Below are positions 19,172-31,100 of a stretch of DNA of 64,000 nucleotides, one piece after another. The notes beneath the pieces were generated by a model that was not told where the DNA came from, ran no database searches, and worked only from the letters and a program-made list of their open reading frames with translations. A program made the position numbers and the translations under genes. The stretch spans positions 64,001 through 128,000 of the forward strand of contig CAXXSM010000053.1 in assembly GCA_963663405.2 (NCBI GenBank), in the 5' to 3' direction. The stretch's first letter is position 1. Each line of letters starts with the position of its first letter. This DNA is from a bacterium. Lineage in GTDB: Bacteria; Hinthialibacterota; Hinthialibacteria; Hinthialibacterales; Hinthialibacteraceae.

Positions 19172-20371
19172 AATCGTCAGCGGTTTATTGCCCGGCGCGA
19201 TTTTACCTAAAACAACGGGGCGTTTCGCTCCAGTAACGGATGGGACGTTGGAGGGAATCCCGCAAAGGGTGGAATACGCCAAAATCGCGAAACCAATCGC
19301 TTCCTTCGCATCGGAAGAGATACCAAATTCGTCAATATTCCGCAAAGTTAATTCAGGACATAATTCAGTTAGCCGCCGCATAAGCGTTCCATTTTTCGCG
19401 CCACCACCACTAACGATGACCGTATCTGGATTGCCTTCGGGAAAGATGAAATCCCGGTACGCCTGCACGATCGAACGCGCCGTCAACTCACACGCTGTGG
19501 CGATCAAGTCTTCCACCAGCGCGCCTCCCGCCTGATTGATGAACCACTCAACATAATTCATACCAAATAATTCGTGCCCAGTCGCTTTCGGCGGTTTTTC
19601 TTGAAAGAACGGATGGGCTTGGGCTTTGTTCAACAAAGCGGAGATGACCGTACCTTTTTCCGCCAAACGCCCATCTCGATCAAAACGCAGACCGTTACAG
19701 CAATTCTGCGTCAAGAGATCCATGACCATATTTCCAGGACCGCTGTCGAACGCGACGATTTTCCCATCATGGCGAATCAGCGCGCAATTGGCGATCCCAC
19801 CGATGTTTTGACATAGAATATCCCTGTCAGGCTGTGCGAATAGAAACGCGTCGACGAAGGGGATCAACGGCGCGCCGATTCCTCCCGCCGCCATGTCTCG
19901 AATCCGAAAATCCGCCACGGTTAGGATTCCCGTCAATTCTGCGATAACGCAGGGATCTCCCAGCTGCAGCGTGGAAGGAGTCAGCCAGCCGCGTTCAGTA
20001 TCGCATTGGGGAATGTGTTGAACCGTCTGCCCGTGAGATCCGATAAAATCCACCTGATCGATATCCATCCCAGCCTTTTCAACTACGATACGAGCCGCCT
20101 GCGCAAAGAGATTCCCAATCTCGAAATTCAACTGGCAGATCAATTCAACAGACGACCGCTGGGGACACATCGCGGTCTGGATTCGTTCTCGAAAATTGGA
20201 TTGAATTGTCTCTTCGTGGTACGCGATTAATTGAACGGGGGGATCATGGGATGGGAGAAATTCCACCAGCGCGGCGTCCACCGCGTCGACGGATGTGCCG
20301 GACATTAAACCGATGCCCACCATCGATTTTTCCAAAGAATGGCTCCGTAGTAGAAGAAAATCCGCGTCCAT
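19166..20371 (-). CDS. anmK: Anhydro-N-acetylmuramic acid kinase
   Basis: GLMSGTSVDAVD, GSHGQT, TLQLGD, DFRIRDMAAGG.GAPL, NIGGIAN, DSGPGN, SGGG..N, KEAIGFA. Confidence 0.93.
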   Translation of the reverse strand: MDADFLLLRSHSLEKSMVGIGLMSGTSVDAVDAALVEFLPSHDPPVQLIAYHEETIQSNFRERIQTAMCPQRSSVELICQLNFEIGNLFAQAARIVVEKAGMDIDQVDFIGSHGQTVQHIPQCDTERGWLTPSTLQLGDPCVIAELTGILTVADFRIRDMAAGGIGAPLIPFVDAFLFAQPDRDILCQNIGGIANCALIRHDGKIVAFDSGPGNMVMDLLTQNCCNGLRFDRDGRLAEKGTVISALLNKAQAHPFFQEKPPKATGHELFGMNYVEWFINQAGGALVEDLIATACELTARSIVQAYRDFIFPEGNPDTVIVSGGGAKNGTLMRRLTELCPELTLRNIDEFGISSDAKEAIGFAILAYSTLCGIPSNVPSVTGAKRPVVLGKIAPGNKPLTIL

Positions 20372-20408
20372 GTGCTATCCTGTGTCATTCAATTATGGGT
20401 GAAAACGT

Positions 20409-21852
20409 ATGGAACTGATTGGCTATTTTATTTTACTCGTTTATTTCGCCATCCTTATTTTGATCGGCGCGCTCTGTTCGCGCAACCAGGACTCGCTTTC
20501 CGATTTCTTCCTGGCGGGACGGAATATCCCTACTTGGGCGGCGTTGGCTGCGATCGTCGCTACCGAGACCAGCGCGGTGACTCTCTTGAGCGCCCCTGCG
20601 CTGGCGTTTAAAGAAGGCGGCGATTTTTCCTTTCTGCAAGTCGCGTTTGGCTATATTCTCGCCCGTGTGATATTGGCGTTGTTTTTTCTCCCCAAGTTCT
20701 TTGAACGGGATATCGTCACGATCTATGAATTCATCGGGCTTCGATTTGGTAAACATGCGCAACGTGTGACGGGGATTTTCTTTTTCATCACCCGCGCGCT
20801 GGCGGCGGGTGTCCGGCACTATGCGGCGGCGTTGGTTGTGTCGGTTTTGATTAATGTCGATCTGATCACGGCGATCGTGGTCACCGGGGTTATCTCTTTG
20901 ATCTATTCTTACCTGGGCGGGATATCGGCGGTGATCTGGACCGAAGTGCTGCAATTGGGCGTGATGATCGCCGGGGGCGTTCTTGCGTTATTCTATCTTC
21001 TCTATTTAATGCCCGGCGGTTGGAGCCATGTTGTGGAAGCCGCCAGTGAACAGAATAAATGGGTTCTCTTCCATTGGGATTGGAGCGGGACCGGCAATTA
21101 TTCATTGTTGATCGGGATGCTGGGCGGCTTGTGTTTATGCCTTGCGTCTCATGGCGCCGATCAAGATATGGTGCAGCGGCTTCTTTCGTGTAGGAATCTG
21201 CGCAGCGCCCAGACAGCGATCATCGGCAGCGGTATTTTCGTCTTCTTCCAATTCGCGTTCTTTTTATTTATTGGCGTTCTCTTGTTCGCATTCTACGGAA
21301 CGCTTCCCAGCGATATTGAAAAGACCGATCAGCTGCTGCCTTTCTTTGCGATCCAGAACATGCGCCCCGAAGCGTCGGCCCTCGTCATCGCCGCGATTCT
21401 CTCCGCCGCGCTCTCCAGCACCGCCTCCGCGTTGAATTCGCTCTCTTCCACATCGGTTAATGATTTCGTGCTGGCGTTCTACAAAAATGATCTGGATAAG
21501 AAGAAACTCGTCAATTATTCCCGCGCGTTCACCCTGATCTGGACCGTTATCCTGATCGTCATCGCCATCGCCGCCAGTGGTTCGGAAAATATACTTGAAA
21601 CCGGATTGAGTATTCCCAGTTTGACGTATGGGAGCCTCCTCGCGGCTTTCCTTTTGGGAATCTTCACTTCGTTCCGGAATCAGATGGCGTTGATTCCCGG
21701 CATGTTTGCCGGTGTCGCAGTGGTTTTAACGCTATGGTTTTTTGAGTTAAACTGGACATGGTTCGTTTCCAGCCGGAACCGCGACGGCGATGCTGACCGC
21801 CTACGCCGCCGGGTGGCTGATCCATTCTGATAGAAATGAGGTTTACAAATGA
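20409..21852 (+). CDS. Sodium:solute symporter family transporter (frameshift near the C-terminus)
   Basis: DFFLAGR, ATETSA, GGISAVIWTE, DQDMVQRLL. Removing one T at 21766-21768 restores the last TM helix (FVPAGTATAMLTAYAAGWLI) and a TGA at 21850-21852 that overlaps the next ATG. Confidence 0.85.
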
Positions 21853-23139
21853 AAAAACAAATTGTATACATGACGCTTGCGCTTTTCCTTTTAGGCGTTG
21901 TCTTCCACGCCGCCGCGTCTGACCCTTTGCCTTGGGCCAATCCGTGGGATGTGGGCATGGATTACCGGTACGTCAACCGGGCGTTTACGGAAGCCGCCGC
22001 CGCGATCGGTGAAAAAGCGGCTCCAGGCGCGGTGGGAATTGTGATCAAAGACGGGCATATCATCGCCCGGCGCGCGTTGGGGAACGCGCAGACGAATTTG
22101 ATCTACCGATCCCCCGATAATGAGAAACTTCAGTTCATCCCCATGAGCCAGCGTATGTTGGAATCCACGATTTTCGATCTCGCGTCTGTAACGAAAATGG
22201 TGGCTTGCACGACATCGCTGATGATTCTGATCGAGGAAGGAAAAATCAAACTCGACGATCCTGTGGTGAAATATATCCCCTCGTTCGGCGCGCGCGCGAA
22301 GGATAAAGTCACGATCCGTCACTTGATGACGCATTCGTCCGGCCTTCCCGCATGGGCCGCGTTTTGGGTGACCTGCGTGAATCGTGAGGAAGTGTACCGC
22401 TCGATCGATGAAGACTTCGCGCTTGAATACCCGCCGGGAGAGAATCGAATCTATAGCGATCTGGGATTTATCAAACTGGGCCAAATTGTCGAGACCGTCA
22501 CTGGGCAGCGGCTCGATCACTTTACGAAAGAACGCATTTTCGAACCGCTGGGCATGGATGATACGATGTACCTTCCGTGGTTGCAGCGCCGTCTACGCGT
22601 AGCGCCCACGGAGTACGATCCATTGCGTGACACCCGCGTTGAAAGGCATTGTCCATGATGAAAACACACGCGCCCTCGGTGGTGTATCCGGTCACGCGGG
22701 TCTCTTCTCCACGGCGAATGATTTGGCTATCTTCGCCCAAATGCTGCTAAACAAAGGTGAATTCAACGGAACGCGCATTCTTAAAGAAAGCACAATCGAT
22801 CTTATGCTTACCCCTCAATTAACATCCAGTGCGGTTCAGAGCGTGTCCAGTTTTCTGCGGAAACGCAAACAGCTGCTCGGTTGGTGGGGGGTGGATGATA
22901 AGATGACGATCAATTATATTGGTGGCCTGCCCTCCAAAACCGCTTACGGACATTCCGGCTTCACGGGCACAATGATCTGCATCGATCCTGAACACAACGC
23001 CGCCGCGATCCTCCTCTCCAATGCTGTCCATCCCCGCCGCGAAGACGCTAAAAAATCTCTCCTGCGCCATAATTTTTATATTAACATCAGCAAGGCGCTT
23101 GTGGGTGAGAAAAATGTATATGTGGATCCGGAGGAATGA
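21849..23139 (+). CDS. Exported beta-lactamase-family serine hydrolase (AmiE-like), split by a +1 frameshift near 22633
   Basis: FDLASVTK (SxxK), LMTHSSGL and YSDLG lie in the first ORF. GIVHDEN, GHAGLFS and GHSGFTG lie in the second. Removing one C from ACCCG joins them. Confidence 0.85.
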
Positions 23140-23308
23140 AAAAACATAATATTCAATGGGTGACAAGGGCAAGGTTTTATTTTCCTCTGCCCTGGCTAAG
23201 TTCATCAAACCTTCCAATAATCCTCATCATTTCCCCTGAGCGGACACAGGCGTCTTAGGCAATTTTTTTTTGCCCTTGCGGAGATCTCGCCGGATAATAT
23301 CAGCTCAC

Positions 23309-24340
23309 CTATTCATAAATCTCCCAGGAACAAACCGAAGAAGTTTGGGATGTTGATATGGCAAGCTTATTCATCGCTTCTAGAACTGTAGGAATGTCAT
23401 AATGTCCTCCGTTAAAAACTTCAAAATCATGTACAATTCCATACGATTCTAATTCTTGGTGAAATAAATTAGCTTGTCCGGATGAATCTATTAATGGATC
23501 GTTACTTCCACCATCAAATATGATAGTTGTAATACTTCTCAGAGCTTCTTCCTTTTTAGGAACCAAAGATAATGGATCAAACTCTAAAAATCTTTCCCAT
23601 ACATCTTCTCTAAGATCACCTGATGGATAATCAAACCATAAATCCACAAAGTATGGTGGATTATCTAGATTGGGTGTAAAAGCCGCTCCATACATATATG
23701 CGCTGTTCGTATTTGACATTGGATCGTGGTCTGGACCTTTCATCACATCGGGATTTTCAGAAAGAATTTCGGCCGTAAGAGGAAGCATAAATTCTTCGAA
23801 ATGAAGAATTCCACTATGAGAATAAACGGCGGAGTAAACATCAGGATGCTGCATTGCGAGGTACATTGCGCCATATCCACCCATGCTGTGTCCTGCTATT
23901 GCTCTTCCGTTCCTGTTCTTTATCGTACGGTAATTGGTATCAATAAAATCTACCAATTCGAAAACAATAAAATCTTCATAATTTCCATTTAATTCAGAAT
24001 TGACGTACATCGATCCTCCATGTATTGAATCACCGTTTGGAAATACGATAATTACAGGAGGCATATCTCCGGCTATTATTAAAGGTTCTATCATGCTTCC
24101 AAGAACACTCCATTGCGCATGATCGCCGAATGCGCCATGTAAAAAATAAATCACGGGAAAGGCGCCGCCACCTTCATCGTAGGAGGGCGGCAAATAAACT
24201 GACGTAACTCTTGTAGATGAATTCCCTAACGGATTCCCCTCCAACGACGGCGATTTAAACCGAATGGTTTCAATATCACCAAATCCCGCATGCGCCAAAA
24301 TCGCGATTACAGCCAATCCAAAAAAGAATCGATACCTCAT
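23309..24340 (-). CDS. Secreted alpha/beta-hydrolase, putative esterase (paralog A)
   Basis: Signal peptide, VYLPPSY, YFLHG, GHSMGG nucleophile elbow, FNGGH. Start may be 24340 or 24346. Confidence 0.9.
   Translation of the reverse strand: MRYRFFFGLAVIAILAHAGFGDIETIRFKSPSLEGNPLGNSSTRVTSVYLPPSYDEGGGAFPVIYFLHGAFGDHAQWSVLGSMIEPLIIAGDMPPVIIVFPNGDSIHGGSMYVNSELNGNYEDFIVFELVDFIDTNYRTIKNRNGRAIAGHSMGGYGAMYLAMQHPDVYSAVYSHSGILHFEEFMLPLTAEILSENPDVMKGPDHDPMSNTNSAYMYGAAFTPNLDNPPYFVDLWFDYPSGDLREDVWERFLEFDPLSLVPKKEEALRSITTIIFDGGSNDPLIDSSGQANLFHQELESYGIVHDFEVFNGGHYDIPTVLEAMNKLAISTSQTSSVCSWEIYE
24171..24340 (-). repeat. 170-bp near-identical direct repeat, copy A (partner 25327-25496)
   Basis: 4 mismatches in 170 bp by manual alignment. 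Confidence 0.95.
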
Positions 24341-24374
24341 TATCATTTTCCTTTCTCGTTATGTAATTATGACC

Positions 24375-24407
24375 GGGTGGCAAGGGCAAGGATTTTTTCT
24401 GCCCTTG
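24375..24407. terminator. Hairpin between the esterase paralogs, with a related copy at 23158-23193
   Basis: CAAGGGCA...TGCCCTTG stem. The 17-mer GGGTG(A/G)CAAGGGCAAGG occurs downstream of both paralogs. Confidence 0.55.
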
Positions 24408-24440
24408 TGTAAATCCGATCACCTTACTTCATTTGAGTTA

Positions 24441-25496
24441 TTAGTAAATCTCCCAGTTTGGCGTGGAGGAAGTTGAATCCATGGCGTTGGCAAGAAGGGG
24501 AAAATAAACTTCAATCCGTGTGAACTCATGTGAAAAATGTCCACCACTAAACGTTCTGTATTCATGAGGGATTCCCATCTGATCTAACCGTTTGTGAACG
24601 GAATCCGCCGCTAAGTTATTCGAATATTCATCGGAAGTACCTGCGTCAAAGTAAAGCAATTCGAGTGAACGTAATCTTTCTTCATACTCCGGGATTAACG
24701 TGTAAACATCTTCCTGCAACACTCTTTGCCATACTTCATCAATCAAAGATACGCTCGCGTGATCAATGAATAAATCTACATACCATGGTGGATTCTCTAA
24801 ATTGGGTGAAAATGCCGCGCACATTTGGTAGAACATAGTGGTATCAACGCCACCCGCATTAGGACCTTTATATCCATCTGGATTATCCGCAACGGATGAA
24901 GACACATCAATTACCACATCAAAATTAATCGGTCCCGCTGAACTGGCTGCGGCGCAATAAACATCCGGATGTTTCATCGCCAATTTAAAGGCGCCATAGC
25001 CTCCCATGGAGTAACCCGCGATCGTTCGTCCATTCCGTTCCGAAACCGTTCGATAATTAGAGTCTATGAAATCGACGAGATCGGTAACGATATAGTCTTC
25101 GTAGTTCCCATTGAGAATGGAATTTGTATACCAACTGCCTCCATATATACTGTCACCGTTGGGCATGACAACGATGACCGGCTCCATCTCACCATTTGTA
25201 ATCAAACGGTCGAGAACGCCTTCAATACCACCCGGCGGAAAGTCTCCAATCCAGCCAGGATTCTGGATGTAGTTCCTATGAGTCCCAAGCGCGCCATGAA
25301 GCATGTAAATAACAGGGAATTCACCGCCTTCATCATAGGAGGGCGGCAAATAAACTGACGTAACTCTTGTAGATGAATTCCCTAACGGATTCCCCTCCAA
25401 CGACGGCGATTTAAACCGAATGCTTTCAATATCACCAAATCCCGCATTCGCCAAAATCGCGATTACAGCCAATCCAAAAAAGAATCGATACCCCAT
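24441..25496 (-). CDS. Secreted alpha/beta-hydrolase, putative esterase (paralog B)
   Basis: Start MGYRFF at 25496 with a GAAAGGA RBS. VYLPPSY, YMLHG, GYSMGG, FSGGH. Confidence 0.9.
   Translation of the reverse strand: MGYRFFFGLAVIAILANAGFGDIESIRFKSPSLEGNPLGNSSTRVTSVYLPPSYDEGGEFPVIYMLHGALGTHRNYIQNPGWIGDFPPGGIEGVLDRLITNGEMEPVIVVMPNGDSIYGGSWYTNSILNGNYEDYIVTDLVDFIDSNYRTVSERNGRTIAGYSMGGYGAFKLAMKHPDVYCAAASSAGPINFDVVIDVSSSVADNPDGYKGPNAGGVDTTMFYQMCAAFSPNLENPPWYVDLFIDHASVSLIDEVWQRVLQEDVYTLIPEYEERLRSLELLYFDAGTSDEYSNNLAADSVHKRLDQMGIPHEYRTFSGGHFSHEFTRIEVYFPLLANAMDSTSSTPNWEIY
25327..25496 (-). repeat. 170-bp near-identical direct repeat, copy B
   Basis: Partner of 24171-24340. Confidence 0.95.
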
Positions 25497-25723
25497 TTTA
25501 CTTTTCCTTTCATTGCGGCAGAAATTATATAGTGAGATACGATTGTATTTTTTTTTTTTTGATTTTTGAAGTGCTGTGCGCAATATTTAGATATATTATA
25601 TTTTTTGGAAAGTATTCAATTGCAGTTATGATAGATGGGAAAATTGTAATTATAATAATGCGTCAAGAGTAAGGTTTTTTCTTCCATTACGCGCCTTCAG
25701 CCTTCAACCTAAACACCTAGAAA

Positions 25724-27514
25724 TCATTCAAGCCGCGCAAATGGATCCAATGTGAGAAGATTGAGGCGTTCGCGGCGGTAGTCCGCCTCCCGGCCAAGGG
25801 ATTTATACGCCTGCGCCAATTTCTCGCGGTAATGGGGGGAAGAGGGTTGCAGTTGCGCGCAGATTTGATAGGCCTGCAGGGCTTCTTCATAGTGGCCTAA
25901 TAAATCCAAGCGATTAGCCCGCAATTCATGAAGAGGCGCCTGATCGGGAAACCGTTTCACTGCTTCCGTAAGCACTTCGAGCGACCGTTCTGGATCACCG
26001 TGGTAGAAAAACAGATCAGAAAGATTCTGATAAGCTTGGAATAAGATATACTCACGACGGGCGCTGACGATAAACGCCGTCTCAAGAGTCCGCAGTTCCT
26101 GCACATCCGGCATGGTACCTTGTTGGATCACTTGCCGCAGTCTCGCTGTCGCATAGAGCGCCGCTAAATCCGCCCGGTATGGCGCGCGTTTGAATCCTAC
26201 CCGGAGAAGGTCTACCCGCTTCTCTTCCGATCCGCTTTGTCGGACCTGTTTCAAAACATGATCCGCGCGCCATTCTTGGAAGAGAAAATTGCACGAAAGC
26301 AGGATCAGAATCCCCCCCACTGCGCTTAACGCGATCGGAAGAAACGAGCTCGTTTCCAGATGAGGATCATCCATCTCCTCGATGGTTTCGGTTGGAGACG
26401 ATCTCTGCATCACGCCAATCGATAACCAGAGTAACGGATGACTTAACATCATAATCACTGGGAAGCCAGCGGATAGAACAGTAAATACAAGAATCGAGAG
26501 ACTCAGCGGCAGGACCGAACCCCGCCGGCGCGTCTCATTCCACTTTTCCAACACGATCAATAACAAAATCAACGAAACAATCGAGCCAATCGTATTCTCC
26601 GCCCGCAATGCCTGCGATTCTCCCCAAAACGATTGAAGCGCCGATTCGCTGAAAAGCGGCGCTGGGAGTGGAAACTCGAATGGACGCAGGGCTTGGAAAA
26701 AGGGCTGCGTGATCGAAAAGAGAAGGGGAGTGAAATAGTCAAAATACCCAACGGCCCCTATAAAGAGAATTAATCCAATTGCAATCCATTCATTCTTTGA
26801 AGGGAAAATCGTCTCCCTCCGCTTGAACAGAATAAAAATGATGATTGTGAAGCAGAGTAGAAGATACGCCTCGGAACCCATCCATCCAAGGAAAAACGCG
26901 CATGCGCACAGCAAAATAGGGAAAAAGAGGAACTGAAGGAAAAATCGTGTACTAATACAATCAGTAAAGAAAACCGCGAAAAACAGCGGAACCGTGCAAA
27001 GCAGCGCGGTTTTAAGGCTGTCGATTGATGAAGAATCCACTGGCGCGGAGAGAACCGTCAGACCTGCCACTCCAGGATCGTTTGAGGCCGGAAACAATGT
27101 TCTGACAGTATCCCCAAACGATACGTTGGGGAAAAAATCGAAATTCAATTGGAATATGTAAATTCCCCACAAAACAAGCGCTGTGGCGCCGAATCCGAGC
27201 AGTGGAGAAATTCGGCTTCCTGAAAGACTCACCAGCAGAAATGTTCCAAACACGGCGGCTGGCCATAGAACATGCTGATTCCAAGTGTAGGAGAAAGAGA
27301 AATACAAACATAACACACCGAACCATAGGGATAGATGGAGAGGTGAAAACGGTATCCTTCTCAACGGGCTTGAAAAATGAACCCATCCCTGGATCAATCG
27401 AACCAGGACAAAACCCGCCACAATAAGAAAAGCCCCAAACCGATATCCACCCGCGATACCCGGCAGAAAAAAAGGAGCGGCTAGGAAAGGGAGGAGTTCG
27501 AGAGTAATGAACAT
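25724..27514 (-). CDS. Polytopic membrane protein with C-terminal TPR-like repeats
   Basis: Many hydrophobic segments followed by TPR-like helices ([36 protein letters not shown]). Confidence 0.75.
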   Translation of the reverse strand: MFITLELLPFLAAPFFLPGIAGGYRFGAFLIVAGFVLVRLIQGWVHFSSPLRRIPFSPLHLSLWFGVLCLYFSFSYTWNQHVLWPAAVFGTFLLVSLSGSRISPLLGFGATALVLWGIYIFQLNFDFFPNVSFGDTVRTLFPASNDPGVAGLTVLSAPVDSSSIDSLKTALLCTVPLFFAVFFTDCISTRFFLQFLFFPILLCACAFFLGWMGSEAYLLLCFTIIIFILFKRRETIFPSKNEWIAIGLILFIGAVGYFDYFTPLLFSITQPFFQALRPFEFPLPAPLFSESALQSFWGESQALRAENTIGSIVSLILLLIVLEKWNETRRRGSVLPLSLSILVFTVLSAGFPVIMMLSHPLLWLSIGVMQRSSPTETIEEMDDPHLETSSFLPIALSAVGGILILLSCNFLFQEWRADHVLKQVRQSGSEEKRVDLLRVGFKRAPYRADLAALYATARLRQVIQQGTMPDVQELRTLETAFIVSARREYILFQAYQNLSDLFFYHGDPERSLEVLTEAVKRFPDQAPLHELRANRLDLLGHYEEALQAYQICAQLQPSSPHYREKLAQAYKSLGREADYRRERLNLLTLDPFARLE

Positions 27515-27930
27515 GCGGCGCGTAATCCTAAAAGGTAACTTTCCACTCCAAAACCGGCGATCTGCCCCTCCGCCACACCAGAAATATACGAATGATGGCG
27601 GAACGCTTCCCGTTTATAAACATTACTTAGATGAACCTCCACCGTGGGTATTTTTACCGCGGCGATCGCATCCCGGATGGCGACGGATGTATGCGTATAG
27701 GCGGCGGGATTAATCAAAAGCGCGTCCGCCCAGGAGGCGTTCTGGGCGATAGAGGTCACAATATCCCCTTCGCTGTTTAATTGTTCGATCCGCAATTGCG
27801 CGCTTAAATCTCCGGCAAGCGCTTCCAACCGCTTATTGATCTCATCCAGCGTGAGAACACCATACATTTCCGGCTCCCGGACGCCGAGAAGGTTTAAATT
27901 CGGACCGTGTATAACAAGAATATTTGGCAT
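27481..27930 (-). CDS. aroQ: Type II 3-dehydroquinate dehydratase
   Basis: [40 protein letters not shown]. Confidence 0.96.
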   Translation of the reverse strand: MPNILVIHGPNLNLLGVREPEMYGVLTLDEINKRLEALAGDLSAQLRIEQLNSEGDIVTSIAQNASWADALLINPAAYTHTSVAIRDAIAAVKIPTVEVHLSNVYKREAFRHHSYISGVAEGQIAGFGVESYLLGLRAACSLLSNSSLS

Positions 27931-28113
27931 GGTTACATATCCACAAGCAAATCGTTATGATGACCGGACCCAAAAAGATTGGCCCGCTTTTTAATAGAAT
28001 CTCGCCGTTCAAGAGTCGATGGGATAGGCGTCTTAACCGGCATGCGATATACTAACACTTTCCAGTACTTTACGTTATCCCCATCTCAAGATGAGGAGGA
28101 ATAAGCGATTTTC

Positions 28114-31100
28114 ATGAATACATCTCCGGCGCAAAAAGTTCAACTCACACCCCTAACCGTATGGGAACGTCTGGCGTATTTGTTCGGGCGTATGATCGTC
28201 CTTTTTGCGATGTTCTACATCCCTCTCATATTTTACACCCTGACATGGCGGCATTTCGCGATTCCCAAAATGGCGTCCTTTCAGTTTTTAACGATGCTGT
28301 TGATTGTCTGTTGGATCATCGTCGCTTGTTCGCGGCGGTTTGTCCGGTCCGCTTTAGCGACTCCTGCGGCGTTCTTTTTCGTGGTGATTATGCTTACCAG
28401 TTTGGTGGCGGTCAATTTAGCCGAAGCCTGGGAGACCGTCATTTTTACCGGCGCCTGTCTCACCGTTATGGTGCTGACGCCGAAATTCTTTACCCGGTTA
28501 AGGGATTTTGAAGTCGTTGTCTTCCTGCTGGGTATTTTATGTATCTTTGTCGATATTTACGCGCTAGGTCAATGGTTTAATTGGGAATATCTTTTTAGTG
28601 TATTCGATCAATTTGGTTTGCAAAAATTTACCCATAAGCCCGTCGCGTCCATGGGAAATGAGAATTACCTTGGTGAATTTCTCAATATGGGCCTGCCCAT
28701 CTGTCTCTGTATGATTTTCTGCCATTGGCGGAAGCCCATGGAGTTGATTTTCTACAGCTTCGTAACGTTGTTGAACGCCGTGACAATGTTGTACATCGAC
28801 TGTAACGCCTCCTACATGGGATTTCTCTTTTCCGTTCCTATCGTTTTAATTCTGTTGGCGTTCTTCAAAGTCATCCCCTGGATCGAACGTTCCGGCTTTT
28901 TTAACGCGTCTCGGGAAAGTTTAGAAAAAACATTCCGTCATATTGTTGTGTTGGGGATTCTCGCCCTGGCGATCCTGGCTACGATTCTTGCCAGTACGGA
29001 CAACCGTTACCGGAAAAATATGGCGACAATGGCGTCCTGGGTGGACGTCAATGGAGACAATCGTCCCGACGGGGTACCGCCGATTGTGTTCCGGCTTCAA
29101 TGTATGGACGCCACAATTCGCTGTATCCGCGATGTGCCCATCACCGGCATTGGCGCCGGCAATTTTAAAGTGATCCATCCCTTGTATGAAAGCCAATTGG
29201 AACGGAAAGTGTTGGGCACAGAGACGTTAGCCCGGAAAGCCCACAACGATCATCTTCATCATGCTGTGGAGTATGGTGTGTTTGGATTGTTCAGCTGGTA
29301 TTGGATCATCAGCACATCGGTGCTGGCGATCTTCTGGTCGTTTCAAATTCTACGCCGCCGGGAAGGCGCCGGGAATTCTACCGCCGGTGGTTTTCCTTTG
29401 GCGGAGTATGAGAAAGGCTTCTATTTCTATCTCCAATTGGGCATGCTAGGCGCTATACTGACCGCTTTAATCAGCTGCGCGTTTGGGCATACGTTTATCC
29501 TGCCCTCTTCCGCGGTCACATATTGGATTATCAGCGGTGTATGCGTCGCCGCTTTTCAGGCGCTTCATCGGGCGGAACGAAAGGTTCCAACTCTAATCAT
29601 GGGTGTCACGCCTGAAGCGCCCACGCCCGCGCAACGAATTACAAGATTGATCCCTGGCCCCGTCCGTTATGCGTTTCTCTTCGCGATTGTTTTACCCTTC
29701 GGCGCGATGAACACCTATCAAATTATCGGGGAACTCTGGCTGCGGCAGGGGATGATCCTGCATGGGGAGGATTCTGACGATCGAATACCCAACTATCCCA
29801 CTATGTTTATGTGTTTCCAGAAAGCGATGCAGATTTGGCCCTACCAGATGGAAACGTATTACATCCTGGGCCGTTACTATATCGATGCGATTCAGGAGTT
29901 TGACCAGGCAAAAGTTTTAATTGAGCGGGGCGAAGAAGATAAAGCGATAGAACGGCTGAGAATGGTAGGTTTGACCCGATATGATCGAGAACAAATGCTG
30001 AGGGAAGGTATTGTCGCTCTGCAGAACGATATTTTTATGAATCCGAACTACAAATGGGCGCATAACAATCTCGGTGTGCTGTACGATAAACATCAGAATC
30101 TAACATTATCGGAACTCGCCTACAGTCGCGTGTTCGCTATCGACCGGGAACAGATCTTCGCTCATTACAACCTCGGATTGGGGTATATCCGAAGGAACTT
30201 GTGGAAGAAAGCCGTCGAACGGCTTGAATTTGCCCGCATGTTCGATCCGTCCTACCAAGACGTCAACCGATATATGGCAAATTGTTTCATTAACCTGAGA
30301 GATTATGGACGCGCCATGACGGCGGCGGATAAATTCCTCTCTATCAAGATCCTCGAACGAATCGATCATTTATCCGATCGGTATCCTCGTAAGACTTTTC
30401 AACCCATTTTAGATGACTTGGAAAAACGGGATCTCATCTCGGCTCTGCGAAAAGCGCAGGGGATGATTCAATTCCAAGAGCCGTATTTGTATCTAATTTA
30501 TTTGAAAATCGCCGCTCTGCAACGAAACGATCCAAATGGGGATTTAGACTTAGCGCTTGACGCGATTCAAAAAGCGGAACTCTCCGTCTCCGCGCCGCCT
30601 GATCAAGAATTCGCTCTCGAATTTGGTGATATCTACCTGGCGAAGAACAATTTTGGGAAAGCCGCGGAAAAGTATGAGAGTTTTCTCAGAATCAATCCCA
30701 GGCGGGCGGATGTGTTGAGAAAACTGGCTACCTGTTACCTCGAATTGGGAGATTATCCTAGAGCGCTCCGCGCATACGAGCCGATCTTGGAACTGGATGC
30801 AAACAACTGGGGACATGAACTTAGTTTCGCCCGTATTTTGTTAGCCAATAACATTCCGTGGGCGGATGTTTATCCTCATGTTGCGAAAGCCATCGCCTTG
30901 GGAACAGATTCCGTGCGAGAAATCATCGTTAAAGAAGACGCGTCCAGTTATCTAGGTCCGTTTCTCGTTCAAGACGAGGCATTACGTAAGCTGATGGGTG
31001 ACAAGTATTTGCGCATGTTGAACATTGAAGATAAAAACACTCTCGAGGTGAACGAAGCGCCCACTGACGCGACGCCTTCAGCACAGACATCCAGCGCAGT

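Noticed and set aside
24171-25496. DGR template/variable repeat pair
   Set aside because: The repeat is at the 5' end of both genes, the four mismatches are not consistently at adenines of one copy, and no reverse transcriptase is present.
25548-25560. Poly-T run upstream of the esterases as a phase-variation tract
   Set aside because: It lies outside the probable CDS (start 25496), and its length cannot be trusted given the other homopolymer indels.
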